Below are positions 9,891 to 19,894 of a stretch of 64,000 nucleotides of DNA, in pieces. Position 1 is the stretch's first letter. The number at the start of each line of letters is the position of its first letter. The notes under the pieces were generated by a model. It had not been told where the DNA came from, did no database searches, and saw only the letters and a program-made list of their open reading frames with translations. A program made the translations under genes and the position numbers. Source of the stretch: Acidobacteriota bacterium (GTDB lineage: Bacteria; Acidobacteriota; CAIWXX01); NCBI GenBank assembly GCA_040755995.1, contig JBFMAF010000024.1:256001-320000 (forward strand). The letters run 5' to 3'.

Positions 9891-10586
9891 ATGAAGGTTC
9901 TACTCTTCAACCTCCCGCGTCATCTCGACGCCCTCCGCGCGGGCCTGCTGGCGCGCCCGCCGTTCGCCGTCGAGGAGGTCTCGAGGGCGGGCGAGCTGCT
10001 ACGCCGTCTGGAATCGACTCAGTTCGGGATGGTCATAATGAACCTGCCGGGCGACGGAATCGACATAGAACAAATCCTGCCTGTGATTCGATCGAGGGGT
10101 ATCCCGAGTGCGCGTTGCATTCTGATGTTGCTTGTGCCGGAGGCGCATCTGGAGGCGCGGCGGCCGCTGCTGAGCAGGGGAGTCAACGCGCTGCTTTCCG
10201 CGGCGGCGCAGACCGATGAGCTGGAGGCTGCCATAGCCCGGCAGATCGAGGTGGCGCCGAGGGTGAACGCCCGTGTCATGGTGCGCGTCAAGGCCAGGGT
10301 TCAGCTGGGTCAGGCGTCGTTCATCTTCCAAACGGTGAACGTCTCGGCCACAGGGATGTTCCTTGCCTGTGCCACCACTCTCCCGGTGGACTCCTTCTTC
10401 AGCTTCGAGCTGGTGCTGCCCGGCACATCGACACCTCTCGTCGGTGAGGCCCGTGTGGTGCGCCACGCTGCACACGGACGCGAAAGCTCGCTGGGCATGG
10501 GGACAAGCTTCACATCCCTGCGGCACGATGGCCGCCAGATACTTCAGAACTTCCTGGACAAGGCGCTGGCGGCGTCCTCCCGTTAG
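9891..10586 (+). CDS. Degenerate receiver-like domain plus PilZ domain protein
   Basis: C-terminal PRVNAR...NVSATG...GEARVVR...GMGTSF PilZ pattern; N-terminal REC-like part lacks acidic pocket residues. Confidence 0.75.
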   Translation: MKVLLFNLPRHLDALRAGLLARPPFAVEEVSRAGELLRRLESTQFGMVIMNLPGDGIDIEQILPVIRSRGIPSARCILMLLVPEAHLEARRPLLSRGVNALLSAAAQTDELEAAIARQIEVAPRVNARVMVRVKARVQLGQASFIFQTVNVSATGMFLACATTLPVDSFFSFELVLPGTSTPLVGEARVVRHAAHGRESSLGMGTSFTSLRHDGRQILQNFLDKALAASSR

Positions 10587-10589
10587 GAA

Positions 10590-11669
10590 CTACAGACCGC
10601 GTCGGAAGCGCTTCGCGCGGCGCGCTTCGTCCCCGGGTAGGGCACCACCGGCGATGCCTCCTCGCGGAATGGTCTGCCACCGGATCGCAGCCGGCCTTCG
10701 CAGTGCATTCATGCGACCACGCAGCAACACCTCGATCAAGACGGCGGCGAGCTTGTCCGGATTGTGACGGATGAGCTCCTTCTGACTGATCAAGCCTCCG
10801 GCGATGACCTCGTACTGAAGCTGTGAGACCTCGTCCCGGGAGAACGTGACGAGATCCTGGTCCTGCCTGCGATACCTTCGAAGCAGCGATGCCGACGGGC
10901 GCCCGGTGTTCACGATGACCACGTCGATTACGCCCCGGCCCACATATCGTTCCATCTCGCTGACGAACGTGCGGACGGTGAACCCGTCGGTCTCGCCGGG
11001 CTTCGTCATTACATTGACCACGTATACGACGGTGGCGCGGGCCCGGCGCAGCGCCTCCGGAATGCCTTTCACCAGAAGGTTCGGGACGATGCTCGTATAC
11101 AGATCCCCTGGGCCGATCACTACCAGATCGGCCTGCTGGATGGCCTGCAGCGCGTCGCGTGTGGCCCGCGCCGCCGGCTGCAGCGCGACGCTCGATATGG
11201 GGTCGCCCTTGCCACGCGCGTCGATCCGTCCTTCGCCGTGGATCCTGCGGCCATTCTTCAGCGTCGCCACGAGGTGGGCGTCGGTCGTCGTCACCGGCAC
11301 GACCTTGCCGCGGATCGCCAGGATCTGCGCGGCCTCCTTGAGCGCCTCCGTGAAGTCGCCTGTGACCCCGACCAGGCCCGCCAAGAGGAGGTTGCCGAGC
11401 ACGTGCCCCTTGAGTTTGCCCTTCGGGAAACGATAAGTGAAGAGGTCTCGCATGAGCTGCGGCGATCCGGAGAGTGCAATCAGCGCCGGCCGAACGCTGC
11501 CGGGAGGCAGGATGCCGAGCTCGGTGCGAAGAGCGCCGGTGGAGCCTCCCGAATCGGCCATAGACACGACCGCAGTCAGGTCGATCGGGTACTTCTTCAG
11601 CCCCGTCAGGACGACATACGTACCGGTCCCACCGCCCATCACCACGACCCGAGACAACATCCTTCGCAT
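10590..11669 (-). CDS. yvcK: YvcK/CofD-family UDP-GlcNAc-binding gluconeogenesis factor
   Basis: VVVMGGGTG, SMADSGGSTG, GHVLGNL, IGPGDLYTSIVPNL, NVMTKPGET. Confidence 0.92.
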   Translation of the reverse strand: MRRMLSRVVVMGGGTGTYVVLTGLKKYPIDLTAVVSMADSGGSTGALRTELGILPPGSVRPALIALSGSPQLMRDLFTYRFPKGKLKGHVLGNLLLAGLVGVTGDFTEALKEAAQILAIRGKVVPVTTTDAHLVATLKNGRRIHGEGRIDARGKGDPISSVALQPAARATRDALQAIQQADLVVIGPGDLYTSIVPNLLVKGIPEALRRARATVVYVVNVMTKPGETDGFTVRTFVSEMERYVGRGVIDVVIVNTGRPSASLLRRYRRQDQDLVTFSRDEVSQLQYEVIAGGLISQKELIRHNPDKLAAVLIEVLLRGRMNALRRPAAIRWQTIPRGGIAGGALPGDEARRAKRFRRGL

Positions 11670-11881
11670 CTCTGGCAGTCTACCGAAGACAGGGCCGGAG
11701 CTCAATCCCAGGCACATCGCGGCGTCACGGCCGCGATTCGGCGGCGCGCTCCGAGGCTCACCTGATGCGGCAGGAACAGGGGACTGCGGGCGAGGTTGAA
11801 TGCCGCCACCCTGGGATTGTACGATCTAGTAGCGCGAGCGTGAACGAGAGGGATTGAAGTAACCAACAGGAGGGTGGGCTC

Positions 11882-12523
11882 ATGGCCATAGACCCGAGGC
11901 GTCGTCAGAAGCAACTGGCGCGGAAAGCGGCCAAGCGAAAGGCGGTCCTGCAGAAGCGAGCGAAGGCAGCCGGAGGGCAAGCAGCGCTTCTCCGACAGAT
12001 CGCACTCGCCCCCATCTACGAGTGTCTCGTGCCCAGGCAGCTTTTCGAAATCGGGATCGGGGATGTCATCCTGAGCCGGAGGCTGGCGGATGGGAGCCTC
12101 ATGGTGTCGATCTTCCTCGTCGATGTCTTCTGTCTGGGCGTCAAGAGCGCATTGGTGGCCGTAACCTCGCCGGCGGACTACCGGGAGAAAGTATCCGCGA
12201 TGAGCGCCAACGAGGTGCTGGAACCGGTCGCACCGGAATACCTGAGGCGGCTTGTTGAAGAAGCGGTCGAGTACGCGGGGGGCCTCGGAATCCCGCCGCA
12301 CCCAGACTACCGCGAGGCAGCTGCCCTCTTCGGGAACATCGACGCTACTGCGTGTGACGAGACCTTCGAGTTCGGCTACCAGGGGAAGCCGATGTTCGTG
12401 AACGGACCGCATGACAGCCCGGCGTTCTGCAACAGAGTCCTGCAGACACTGAGGGAGCGGCTCGGCGACGATGGATTCCACTTCATGCTGGGTGGCCCTG
12501 AGGATGGGACGGCCTGCTACTAG
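11882..12523 (+). CDS. Conserved hypothetical protein with basic N-terminus
   Basis: AGGAGG SD; protein-like sequence (FLVDVFCLGVK, IPPHPDY, FEFGYQGKPMFVNGPHD); upstream TTGAAT-18-TACGAT. Confidence 0.8.
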   Translation: MAIDPRRRQKQLARKAAKRKAVLQKRAKAAGGQAALLRQIALAPIYECLVPRQLFEIGIGDVILSRRLADGSLMVSIFLVDVFCLGVKSALVAVTSPADYREKVSAMSANEVLEPVAPEYLRRLVEEAVEYAGGLGIPPHPDYREAAALFGNIDATACDETFEFGYQGKPMFVNGPHDSPAFCNRVLQTLRERLGDDGFHFMLGGPEDGTACY

Positions 12524-12868
12524 TAGAGGCAGGCCGTGACGGTTGGTCCCGGCTTAGCGGCTGAGACCGCCCTGCTCGACGCGCGGCCTATGACAGGAGA
12601 ACGATCTGGGACTGCCGTTCGACGGTCTGGCCATCAGCCATTCGTACGGACCCGCGGGGCCTGCTGCGAGTGGCGAGGATCGCGACGGCACCCGCATGAG
12701 GTGACCGGAACACGCCAGCGCTGAATGCGGGAGCCGCCGAGCGGCGGCCTTCACCCGCTACCACCGCCGCGGGCTGTCGGCCCCTGTCGCGCATCGCCAC
12801 GCACCCCGCTTCAAAGAGACAGCCAAGCGACGCAGTGCGTCATGCGCGGCAGCAAAGGCGAACCCGTG

Positions 12869-12897
12869 TTGTCCGCGCGCCCGGCGCTCTGTATAAT
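12869..12897 (+). promoter_or_regulatory. Sigma70-type promoter TTGTCC-17-TATAAT
   Basis: Near-consensus hexamers with 17-bp spacer, 6 nt before ATG 12904. Confidence 0.65.
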
Positions 12898-12903
12898 GAT
12901 CGC

Positions 12904-13221
12904 ATGGATCGTCGTGCAGCTGGCGGCCCAGGCCGTGCGTCCGAGGCACTGCCGTCGCTGCCGCTCAACCGGTGCGCAAAGGGAGACCAGGCGGTGCACG
13001 GCCGGCACGATCGGGCTCTTGACGTTCTCTCGGACTTGCTCGCCACCCCGGCGCCCGACCGGGAACGGAGGATAGCCAAGCTGGCCAAGCCCATGTTGGT
13101 GCGGCTGCTGGCCATAGCTATCCGGGACAGCGAGCGGGAGAAGACAGAGCTGAAAGACGAGGTCGATTGCGTGAGCCGGCGCCTCAAGGCGGTCGAGACG
13201 CCGGGTGCGAAGGAGCAGTGA
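12904..13221 (+). CDS. Hypothetical protein (105 aa) translationally coupled to the Ser/Thr kinase
   Basis: Directly after a strong promoter; its TGA overlaps the kinase ATG (TGATG); coiled-coil-like C-terminus. Confidence 0.5.
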   Translation: MDRRAAGGPGRASEALPSLPLNRCAKGDQAVHGRHDRALDVLSDLLATPAPDRERRIAKLAKPMLVRLLAIAIRDSEREKTELKDEVDCVSRRLKAVETPGAKEQ

Positions 13222-14741
13222 TGAGCGAGCAAGAGACTGTGCCGGACCCGCGGACGGGAACCGGCGCTGCCAGCCTGGCCGGGCAGGTGATAGACGGATT
13301 CCAGGTCGAGTCGCTGCTCGGAGCCGGAGGAATGGGCGAAGTCTGGAAAGCGCGAGATGCGCGCCTGGACCGGCACGTGGCTTTGAAGATCGTCGCGGAA
13401 CCGTACGCCCGCGATCGCGAGTTCCGCGCGCGTTTCGAGCGGGAAGCTCGCGCAGCCTCGGCTCTGAACCACCCGAACGTCGCGCAGGTCTACTCGTTCG
13501 GTGAGTACTCCGGCCGTCCTTACTACGCGATGGAGTACGTCGAGGGCCAGTCGCTCGCCGACATCCTGAAGCAACAGGGGCGCATCTCCGGACTGAAGTG
13601 CCTCGAATACCTGGCTCAGGCGTGCGCGGGGCTGCGAGCTGCGCTGGAGAAGGGGATCGTGCACCGAGACATCAAGCCGGCCAATCTCATGCTGGATCCG
13701 AAGGGCTTTGTGAAGATTGTTGATTTCGGCCTCGCGAGGCGCATGGCCGACCCATCCACGATCACCAGGACGGACGCTGTGATCGGCACGCCGAACTACA
13801 TGTCGCCGGAGCAGGCGGTGGCTGCCGAGGTGGACCACCGTTCGGACATCTACTCGCTGGGAGCCACCTTCTATCACCTGTTCGCTGGTGAGCCTCCGTT
13901 CGAAGCCCCCACCCCCATCGCCCTCATAATGAAACACGTCGAAGAGCCTCTCCGCCCTCTGAAGCAGTGCAATCCCAGGGTGCCGACGCCGGTCTGCAGC
14001 ATCATAGAGAAGATGATGTCGAAACGTCCCGACGACCGGTACCAGGACTATGACGAGCTGCTGGCGGACATCGGCCGTGCGGAGGCGGGGAAGAGCGTGG
14101 TCGACGCCACCGGGGCGATGGAGCCACAGGTCCGTGCGATGGAGCCGAGCCTGCCGCGGGCTCTCCCTTCGCGCGGTCAGTGGATTCCTGTGGCGCTGAT
14201 CGGAGCTCTGGCTCTGTTGCTCGCGCTGCTTGCGCTGGAGCGCATGGGGATTCTGGGATTCTCGTTCATGGGATCATCGCGCGAGGGCCGGTCCACCAGC
14301 CAGCCCGTCCCTGCGTCGTCTGAAGGTGGATTGCGCTCCGGGTCTGGCGCCGCATCTCCAGCCGGGCCCGGCAGTGTCGCCGGAGGCAAGGAGGGGGCCG
14401 GTGGCATACCCTGGCCGTTCAACCAGATCGAGGAGGGAACGGTCGCTTATCAATCTGCCATGCGCGCGAAGACGCTCGCCAGCATGAAACGCCTGTCCAC
14501 ATTGATCGCAATGTACACGTCCGAACGGGGTATGCCGTTGTTGGACGTCGCGGAACTGAGAAGCGTCGACGAGGGGTATGCATATGGTCTCAAGGATGGC
14601 TGGGGCGGGGACATCAGGTACGAGCGCATGGGGGAGCTGGGGTATCGCCTCGTCTCGCCCGGGCCGGACGGCAGCCTCGGCACCGGCGACGATATCATCC
14701 TCGAGAGCCCGAGCGGCGGTGCGGCTCGGGTGCGGGGGTGA
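13221..14741 (+). CDS. Hanks-type Ser/Thr protein kinase with TM helix and C-terminal GspG/pseudopilin-like domain
   Basis: GAGGMGEVW, VALK, HRDIKPAN, DFGLA, GTPNYMSPE; TM WIPVALIGALALLLALLAL; C-terminal KDGWGGDIRY...YRLVSPGPDGSLGTGDDI. Confidence 0.9.
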   Translation: MSEQETVPDPRTGTGAASLAGQVIDGFQVESLLGAGGMGEVWKARDARLDRHVALKIVAEPYARDREFRARFEREARAASALNHPNVAQVYSFGEYSGRPYYAMEYVEGQSLADILKQQGRISGLKCLEYLAQACAGLRAALEKGIVHRDIKPANLMLDPKGFVKIVDFGLARRMADPSTITRTDAVIGTPNYMSPEQAVAAEVDHRSDIYSLGATFYHLFAGEPPFEAPTPIALIMKHVEEPLRPLKQCNPRVPTPVCSIIEKMMSKRPDDRYQDYDELLADIGRAEAGKSVVDATGAMEPQVRAMEPSLPRALPSRGQWIPVALIGALALLLALLALERMGILGFSFMGSSREGRSTSQPVPASSEGGLRSGSGAASPAGPGSVAGGKEGAGGIPWPFNQIEEGTVAYQSAMRAKTLASMKRLSTLIAMYTSERGMPLLDVAELRSVDEGYAYGLKDGWGGDIRYERMGELGYRLVSPGPDGSLGTGDDIILESPSGGAARVRG

Positions 14742-14767
14742 GCCGGCTGTCCGCGCCTGTCAGAAGG

Positions 14768-17137
14768 TCAGGGACTGAGGCGGCGCCAGGAGCCCTGGCC
14801 GTCGAGCTCGATCGACACCGCGCCGCTGAGATCAGTGCGAAGAACAGTGGCACGGTCGCCACGGAATGCTGCCACGACCGCAGGATTCGGCAGGTTCCAC
14901 GGATTGCCTTGCCCGGCTGAAATCACGACCACTTGCGGCCGTACGGCCGCCTGGAAACCGGCGGTCAGGTTCGACTTGCTCCCGTGATGCGGGCACTTCA
15001 GCAGCGTCGAGCGCATCGACAGGCCCGATTCCATAATGTCCTGGATACCTCGGGTCTCAATGTCTCCGGGCAGCAGCGCGGAGCTCTCGCCGAAGGTCAA
15101 TCTGAGGACGAGCGAGTCGTCGTTCCGGACCTTTGCATGCCGCTCGCGGCCGGCCGGACCCAGGACTTCGATCAGCACGGAACCGATACTGATCCGGTCG
15201 CCACGCGCAAGCTGCCTGACGGCGGTAGGCGCGGGAACAGCTCGACGAAACCGCGCGTAGAACGGGTCATCCAGGGGGTTGATCCCTTCCCAGACCTGAT
15301 CGACGCGGAAATTGGATACTATGTAGCGCAGGCCGTTGATGTGATCGGCGTGTGCGTGGGAGACGACGACGTAGTCGATTCGGGCGAAGCCGCGGTGGAA
15401 CAGGTATGGAGCCACGACGCTGGCGCCGAAGTCGAACGAATCGTCGTAGTTCCCGCCGCCATCCACAAGCATCCGCTCGCCGGTCGGAAATTCTACAAGC
15501 GTAGAATCGCCCTGGCCGACGTCGATGAATGTGAACCGGAGCCCGCGCGGAGGGAAGGTGAAGGGCCACGAGACGGAGAGAACGAACGTGAGCGCGATGG
15601 CCGAGAAGAGCGCGTAGCGCGCGATGCGGCGGCGGAACGGTACGAGCGATGCGATCAGCAGCGCGTAGAACGCCCAGATGACAAAGGCAGGGGAAGATGG
15701 CACGCGATACGAGACGATGGACGGAAAGGGGACGGCGTTCGAGAGCGCGAGGAAAAGCTGCGCTGCAAGCGAGATGAGCTTGCCGGTCCAGAGGCTGAGA
15801 TGGACGGAGACGTAGCTCGCCAGGTAGAACACGAGGCCGAGGCCGAGGATCAGGCCGGAGAGCGGTATGGCCGCGTAGTTCAGAGCGAGCCCGCAGAGGG
15901 TGACTCGATTGAAGTGATAGGCGAGGTAGGGGGCGAGGCCCAGCGTCGTCGAGAGGTTCACGGAAGTGAGGCTCCGGAACCAGCCCGCGCGTCCCTCCGT
16001 CCTGGCGATGGCTGTGATCCGTGGCACGAATACCACCAGGACGGCCGTGGCGAGGAAGGTAAGCTGGAAGCCGTAATCATACACGGCAGATGGGGACGCA
16101 GCCACCGTCAGCAGCAGCGCAATCGCCAGGGTGTTCATGAGCTGATGGTCACGGTACAGCAAGCGCCCCGCCAGGTAGACGGTGATCATCAGGAAGGAGC
16201 GAACCACCGACGGCTCGAATTCCACCATTGCGGCATACAACAGCATCGCCACGAATACCAGGACGATCACGATGCGCTCGGGAAGGCGGAGCACTCTCAG
16301 GAACATGAATAGAAACAGAGCGAACACGGCGAAGTTGCCGCCCGAGATGGCCAGCAGGTGATAAAGCCCCGAGCGCCGCATCGATTCCTGCACATCCTGC
16401 GGGAGACGCTCGCGTTCACCCAGGATCAGAGCAGCCGCAAGGTCTCCGGCTGCCACGCCGCGGGTGTTGATTCCCGCCAGACGACCAGCGAAGTCCTGCC
16501 GGATCTGCGCAGCCAGCCGCCGGAGGCTCCAGCCGCCGTCCGCTACTTTCCGCACGAGCGCCGGGCTCTTCGTATACCCTCGGTGATGGATCGACTCAGA
16601 TTTCAGATACGCGGCCTGGTCGAACGCACCAGGATTCCGAAACCCACCTGTCTCGAATACCCTCGCCGCAAACTCGACACGGTCGCCGGGCAGCAGCAGA
16701 GGGAGCGCCTCACCAGTCTGACTGTGTGGAATGGAGAGACGGAGGTTGAACTGGAGCCCGATCCGCGTATCTCTCCCGATCTCCATACTGTCTACGGCCA
16801 CGTCGAGCTGGTAGCGGTCGGGCAGCGGGCGCGGGAGGCGCAAAACGGTGCCCGTCATGTCGACGTATTCGGTGCGCGTCGCGCCGAGCAGCCCCGGTGA
16901 GAGCAAATGCGCCGAATAGGCCGCATCCTGCTCCAGACGATTGAGCCCCCCTGCAGGAATGAGTGCCGCCGAGGCGAGCATCGCCGCGAGCGCCACTCTG
17001 TCACGGCGGTAGCAGAGGATACCGACGCCCAGCACGGCCGCCGCCGCGAGCGCCAGCAGCCACATCGGAGCCGCCTCGGGGATCACCCAGGTGCCGGTCA
17101 AGAGCGCGATTGCGGGCAACAGCAGCGGCTGCTTCAC
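14768..17137 (-). CDS. comEC: DNA internalization competence protein ComEC/Rec2
   Basis: HLLAISGGNF competence domain; MBL domain FIDVGQGD, SHAHADHING, NDDSLVL, CPHHGS; start placed at GTG 17137. Confidence 0.93.
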   Translation of the reverse strand: MKQPLLLPAIALLTGTWVIPEAAPMWLLALAAAAVLGVGILCYRRDRVALAAMLASAALIPAGGLNRLEQDAAYSAHLLSPGLLGATRTEYVDMTGTVLRLPRPLPDRYQLDVAVDSMEIGRDTRIGLQFNLRLSIPHSQTGEALPLLLPGDRVEFAARVFETGGFRNPGAFDQAAYLKSESIHHRGYTKSPALVRKVADGGWSLRRLAAQIRQDFAGRLAGINTRGVAAGDLAAALILGERERLPQDVQESMRRSGLYHLLAISGGNFAVFALFLFMFLRVLRLPERIVIVLVFVAMLLYAAMVEFEPSVVRSFLMITVYLAGRLLYRDHQLMNTLAIALLLTVAASPSAVYDYGFQLTFLATAVLVVFVPRITAIARTEGRAGWFRSLTSVNLSTTLGLAPYLAYHFNRVTLCGLALNYAAIPLSGLILGLGLVFYLASYVSVHLSLWTGKLISLAAQLFLALSNAVPFPSIVSYRVPSSPAFVIWAFYALLIASLVPFRRRIARYALFSAIALTFVLSVSWPFTFPPRGLRFTFIDVGQGDSTLVEFPTGERMLVDGGGNYDDSFDFGASVVAPYLFHRGFARIDYVVVSHAHADHINGLRYIVSNFRVDQVWEGINPLDDPFYARFRRAVPAPTAVRQLARGDRISIGSVLIEVLGPAGRERHAKVRNDDSLVLRLTFGESSALLPGDIETRGIQDIMESGLSMRSTLLKCPHHGSKSNLTAGFQAAVRPQVVVISAGQGNPWNLPNPAVVAAFRGDRATVLRTDLSGAVSIELDGQGSWRRLSP

Positions 17138-17247
17138 GGTCCCGGAGTGTAGCACACCTCGTATCCGCAGGCACGATTCGGGTATAATCGCCCGAGCAGA
17201 GGGCTGAGCCCCTGACACTGCTCTTATACTGTCGAAAGGAGATCTGA

Positions 17248-17712
17248 ATGAAAGGCAATGACAGGCTGATTCAAGTCCTGAACGCGCTGCTCGCAGACGA
17301 GCTTACCGCCATCAATCAGTACATGGTGCATTCCGAAATGTGCGCGAATTGGGGATACGAGAAGCTGCATGAGCACTTCGAGAAGCGCGCCGTCGATGAG
17401 ATGAAGCACGCCGAGAAGCTCATCGGAAGAATCCTGTTCCTGGAAGGCATTCCGGTCGTCTCGCAGTTGAACATGGTCCGCATCGGACCGGATGTTCCCA
17501 AAATGCTGTCAAACGATCACGAGGCGGAGGAAGGGGCGATCAAGGCTTACAACGAGGCTATCAGGCTCGCAGGCGAAGTGCCCGACTTCGCCACGCGAGA
17601 GATCCTCGAGCACATCCTGGACGACGAGGATCGCCACATCGACGAGATCGAGGCACTTCAGGACCAGATCTCGCAAATGAGTCTGCAGGTCTTCCTGAGC
17701 AGGCAGATCTAG
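17248..17712 (+). CDS. bfr: Bacterioferritin
   Basis: ELTAINQY, DEMKHAEKLIGRILFLEG, DEDRHID; AAAGGAG SD. Confidence 0.96.
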   Translation: MKGNDRLIQVLNALLADELTAINQYMVHSEMCANWGYEKLHEHFEKRAVDEMKHAEKLIGRILFLEGIPVVSQLNMVRIGPDVPKMLSNDHEAEEGAIKAYNEAIRLAGEVPDFATREILEHILDDEDRHIDEIEALQDQISQMSLQVFLSRQI

Positions 17713-17732
17713 ATCGGCGACCATACAGCGCG

Positions 17733-19085
17733 TCATGCACCGGGTCTACTCGTCGAATCCGTCGTGGACTCATGACGCGCCGTATCCTCCGGTCTGAGCA
17801 CCGCCATCGCCTCCAGGTGGTGCGTCTGCGGGAACATGTCGAAGGCCCGTAGATCGACCAGCTGGAAGCCGGACGCACGAAGGCGGCCGAGATCTCGGGC
17901 CAGGGTCGACGGCTCGCAGGAGAAGTACACAAGCAAGGGCGGCCGCATCGACCCCAGGTACTCGATGAGGGACCCATCCGATGCGAGTCCCGCACGTGGA
18001 GGGTCCACTACGACGACATCGGGTGACCCCGTCATGCCAGGGTCACGCAGAGAGGCGCACACATCGACCGCCAGGAACCGAAGGCCGCCCATGCCGGCGG
18101 CCTCCGCAGCATCGCGTGCCAGACGTATCGCATCTGCGTTCTCTTCGACTCCGACAACCGTCTCGAATCGATCGCCGAGGTGCTGGGTGAAGAAACCGGC
18201 GCCACAGTACAGATCCAGCGCCAGCCTGCCCGATGTCGGCAGCACGGCATCCAGGGCATCGAGAAGCGCCTGGTGCATGAAGCGGTTCGCCTGGAAGAAG
18301 CAGGTGGGCGATGCGAGGTAGGCGTGGCGCCCGACCCGCAACACAGCCCGGTCCTTGCCTGCCCGCTGCACGATGCGGTGAGCAGACCTGCCACCCGCGT
18401 CGCGAACAATGCCGACCCCGGCGCACCCGGGGATCCGAGCCAGATCTCGCACCAGTCCAGTGGGCGGTTCCCGATCCGTGCGCAGCCAGAGCAAAACCCC
18501 TTCGTCTGTCGACAGCGCGTCGATCTCGCCCATGCGGCCGAGCGCCCGCGTCTCAAGAGTGCATTTCAGATGCGGCAGGCAGGCGTTGAGCGGCTCGACC
18601 AGCAGCAGGCACCTCTCGACCGCGCAGACGACACGACTTCGATTGCGATAGAACCCGATATCGAGCCGACCCCCTGGCCACGCCGCCTTCAACGTCGCGC
18701 GAATGCGATAGCCGAATTCGGGCGAACGGACGACCGTCACGGGCCCATGCCAGTCGACACGCCCGACCCGGCGAAGCGTCTCGAGCAGCGCTCCTCCCTT
18801 GATTTCAATCTGGTACGCGTAATCTGCATGCTGTAGATCGCATCCGCCGCAGTCGCCATAGTAGGGGCACGGAGCCTCCCGGCGATGTGGATTCGGCTCG
18901 AGCAGATGCTCGGCCCGGGCCCACTTCACACCCTTCTCCTGATACGTCTTGCGCACCTCGATCGTCTCATCAGGCAGAACGAAGGGGACCAGGACGGTTT
19001 CGCCGGTGAGCGGCTGGCGCGCCAGCCCATAGCCCCCAGCGACGACCTTCTCGACCCGCAGCCTCAGCGCAGCGGCTCCTGCCAT
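17733..19085 (-). CDS. rlmD: 23S rRNA (uracil-5)-methyltransferase, RlmD/RumA family with TRAM domain
   Basis: CPYYGDCGGCDLQH 4Fe-4S motif, FFQAN, LDLYCGAG, DPPRAG, YFSCEPSTLARD, DMFPQTHHLE. Confidence 0.9.
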   Translation of the reverse strand: MAGAAALRLRVEKVVAGGYGLARQPLTGETVLVPFVLPDETIEVRKTYQEKGVKWARAEHLLEPNPHRREAPCPYYGDCGGCDLQHADYAYQIEIKGGALLETLRRVGRVDWHGPVTVVRSPEFGYRIRATLKAAWPGGRLDIGFYRNRSRVVCAVERCLLLVEPLNACLPHLKCTLETRALGRMGEIDALSTDEGVLLWLRTDREPPTGLVRDLARIPGCAGVGIVRDAGGRSAHRIVQRAGKDRAVLRVGRHAYLASPTCFFQANRFMHQALLDALDAVLPTSGRLALDLYCGAGFFTQHLGDRFETVVGVEENADAIRLARDAAEAAGMGGLRFLAVDVCASLRDPGMTGSPDVVVVDPPRAGLASDGSLIEYLGSMRPPLLVYFSCEPSTLARDLGRLRASGFQLVDLRAFDMFPQTHHLEAMAVLRPEDTARHESTTDSTSRPGA

Positions 19086-19894
19086 GCGAAGCCCACAGTG
19101 ACGCCGTAGCAGAAGCTGTTCTCGTTGAGCCCCTTGCTGATCCCCAGGTCGAACACGAAGTTCCTCCGGCGGACTCGGGCCCCGACGAGCGCGTTGTGCA
19201 CGTCGTCGGCCCCGGGATCGCCCGGGCCGGCCCGGCCGGACAGCTCGATCAGCGGGCTGACCTTACTACGGTTGTAGACAAGCGCCACGCCATAGCGGAA
19301 CAGGTCGTTCTGTGAGCGCGGTGCCTGCGGATTGTCGATGATCACGAATCCGGAGTTGAGATGCAGCTCGAAGCGTCGACCGACCCAGCTCGCGAGCACG
19401 TCCGCGCGAAAGTCCATCGAATTGATGCCGAGGTCGTAAAGATCCTTGGTTGTGGGCAGGCGAACGCCGGCGCGAAGCGCCATGGAGGTGGAATCGAGCA
19501 GCCGTGGGATTTGGAACTTGACCGAGAGTGTCGAGTCACCCGCATCCCAATGGTCGCGTGTGATGTCGTGGAGAAGCAACGGCACGCGAAGCTCGACCTC
19601 CACATTGTCCGCGACCCCATACGAGACGCCCGTGTCGAGAAGCAGAAGCTCATCGATCTTCACGCGGCCGAACGGGAGGTAGAGTTGGTCAAGGTAGGTC
19701 GCACCGGATTCGACCCGCAGGATGCCACGCGGCAGGCCGGACGCGGACTCCACTTGAATGAAAGGGCGGTCCTGGCCGCAGGCGGATCGAGCCAAGCCGA
19801 AACAGGCTGCCAGTACTCCCAGAGCGGCCGCGACCCTTGGCCTGCGGGCGCCCGCACGGCCCATGATCACTGTCGATCGCTCATTATTGGTCAT
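19064..19894 (-). CDS. Exported beta-rich outer-membrane transporter-like protein
   Basis: Signal-peptide-like segment, alternating beta-strand patterns, GDSTLSVKFQ, RLPT, C-terminal YGVTVGFAW. Confidence 0.65.
   Translation of the reverse strand: MTNNERSTVIMGRAGARRPRVAAALGVLAACFGLARSACGQDRPFIQVESASGLPRGILRVESGATYLDQLYLPFGRVKIDELLLLDTGVSYGVADNVEVELRVPLLLHDITRDHWDAGDSTLSVKFQIPRLLDSTSMALRAGVRLPTTKDLYDLGINSMDFRADVLASWVGRRFELHLNSGFVIIDNPQAPRSQNDLFRYGVALVYNRSKVSPLIELSGRAGPGDPGADDVHNALVGARVRRRNFVFDLGISKGLNENSFCYGVTVGFAWQEPLR

Noticed and set aside
12524..12860. About 340-bp GC-rich intergenic stretch as a possible ncRNA
   Set aside because: Short stems are expected at this GC content; no tRNA, tmRNA, SRP, 6S or riboswitch signature recognized
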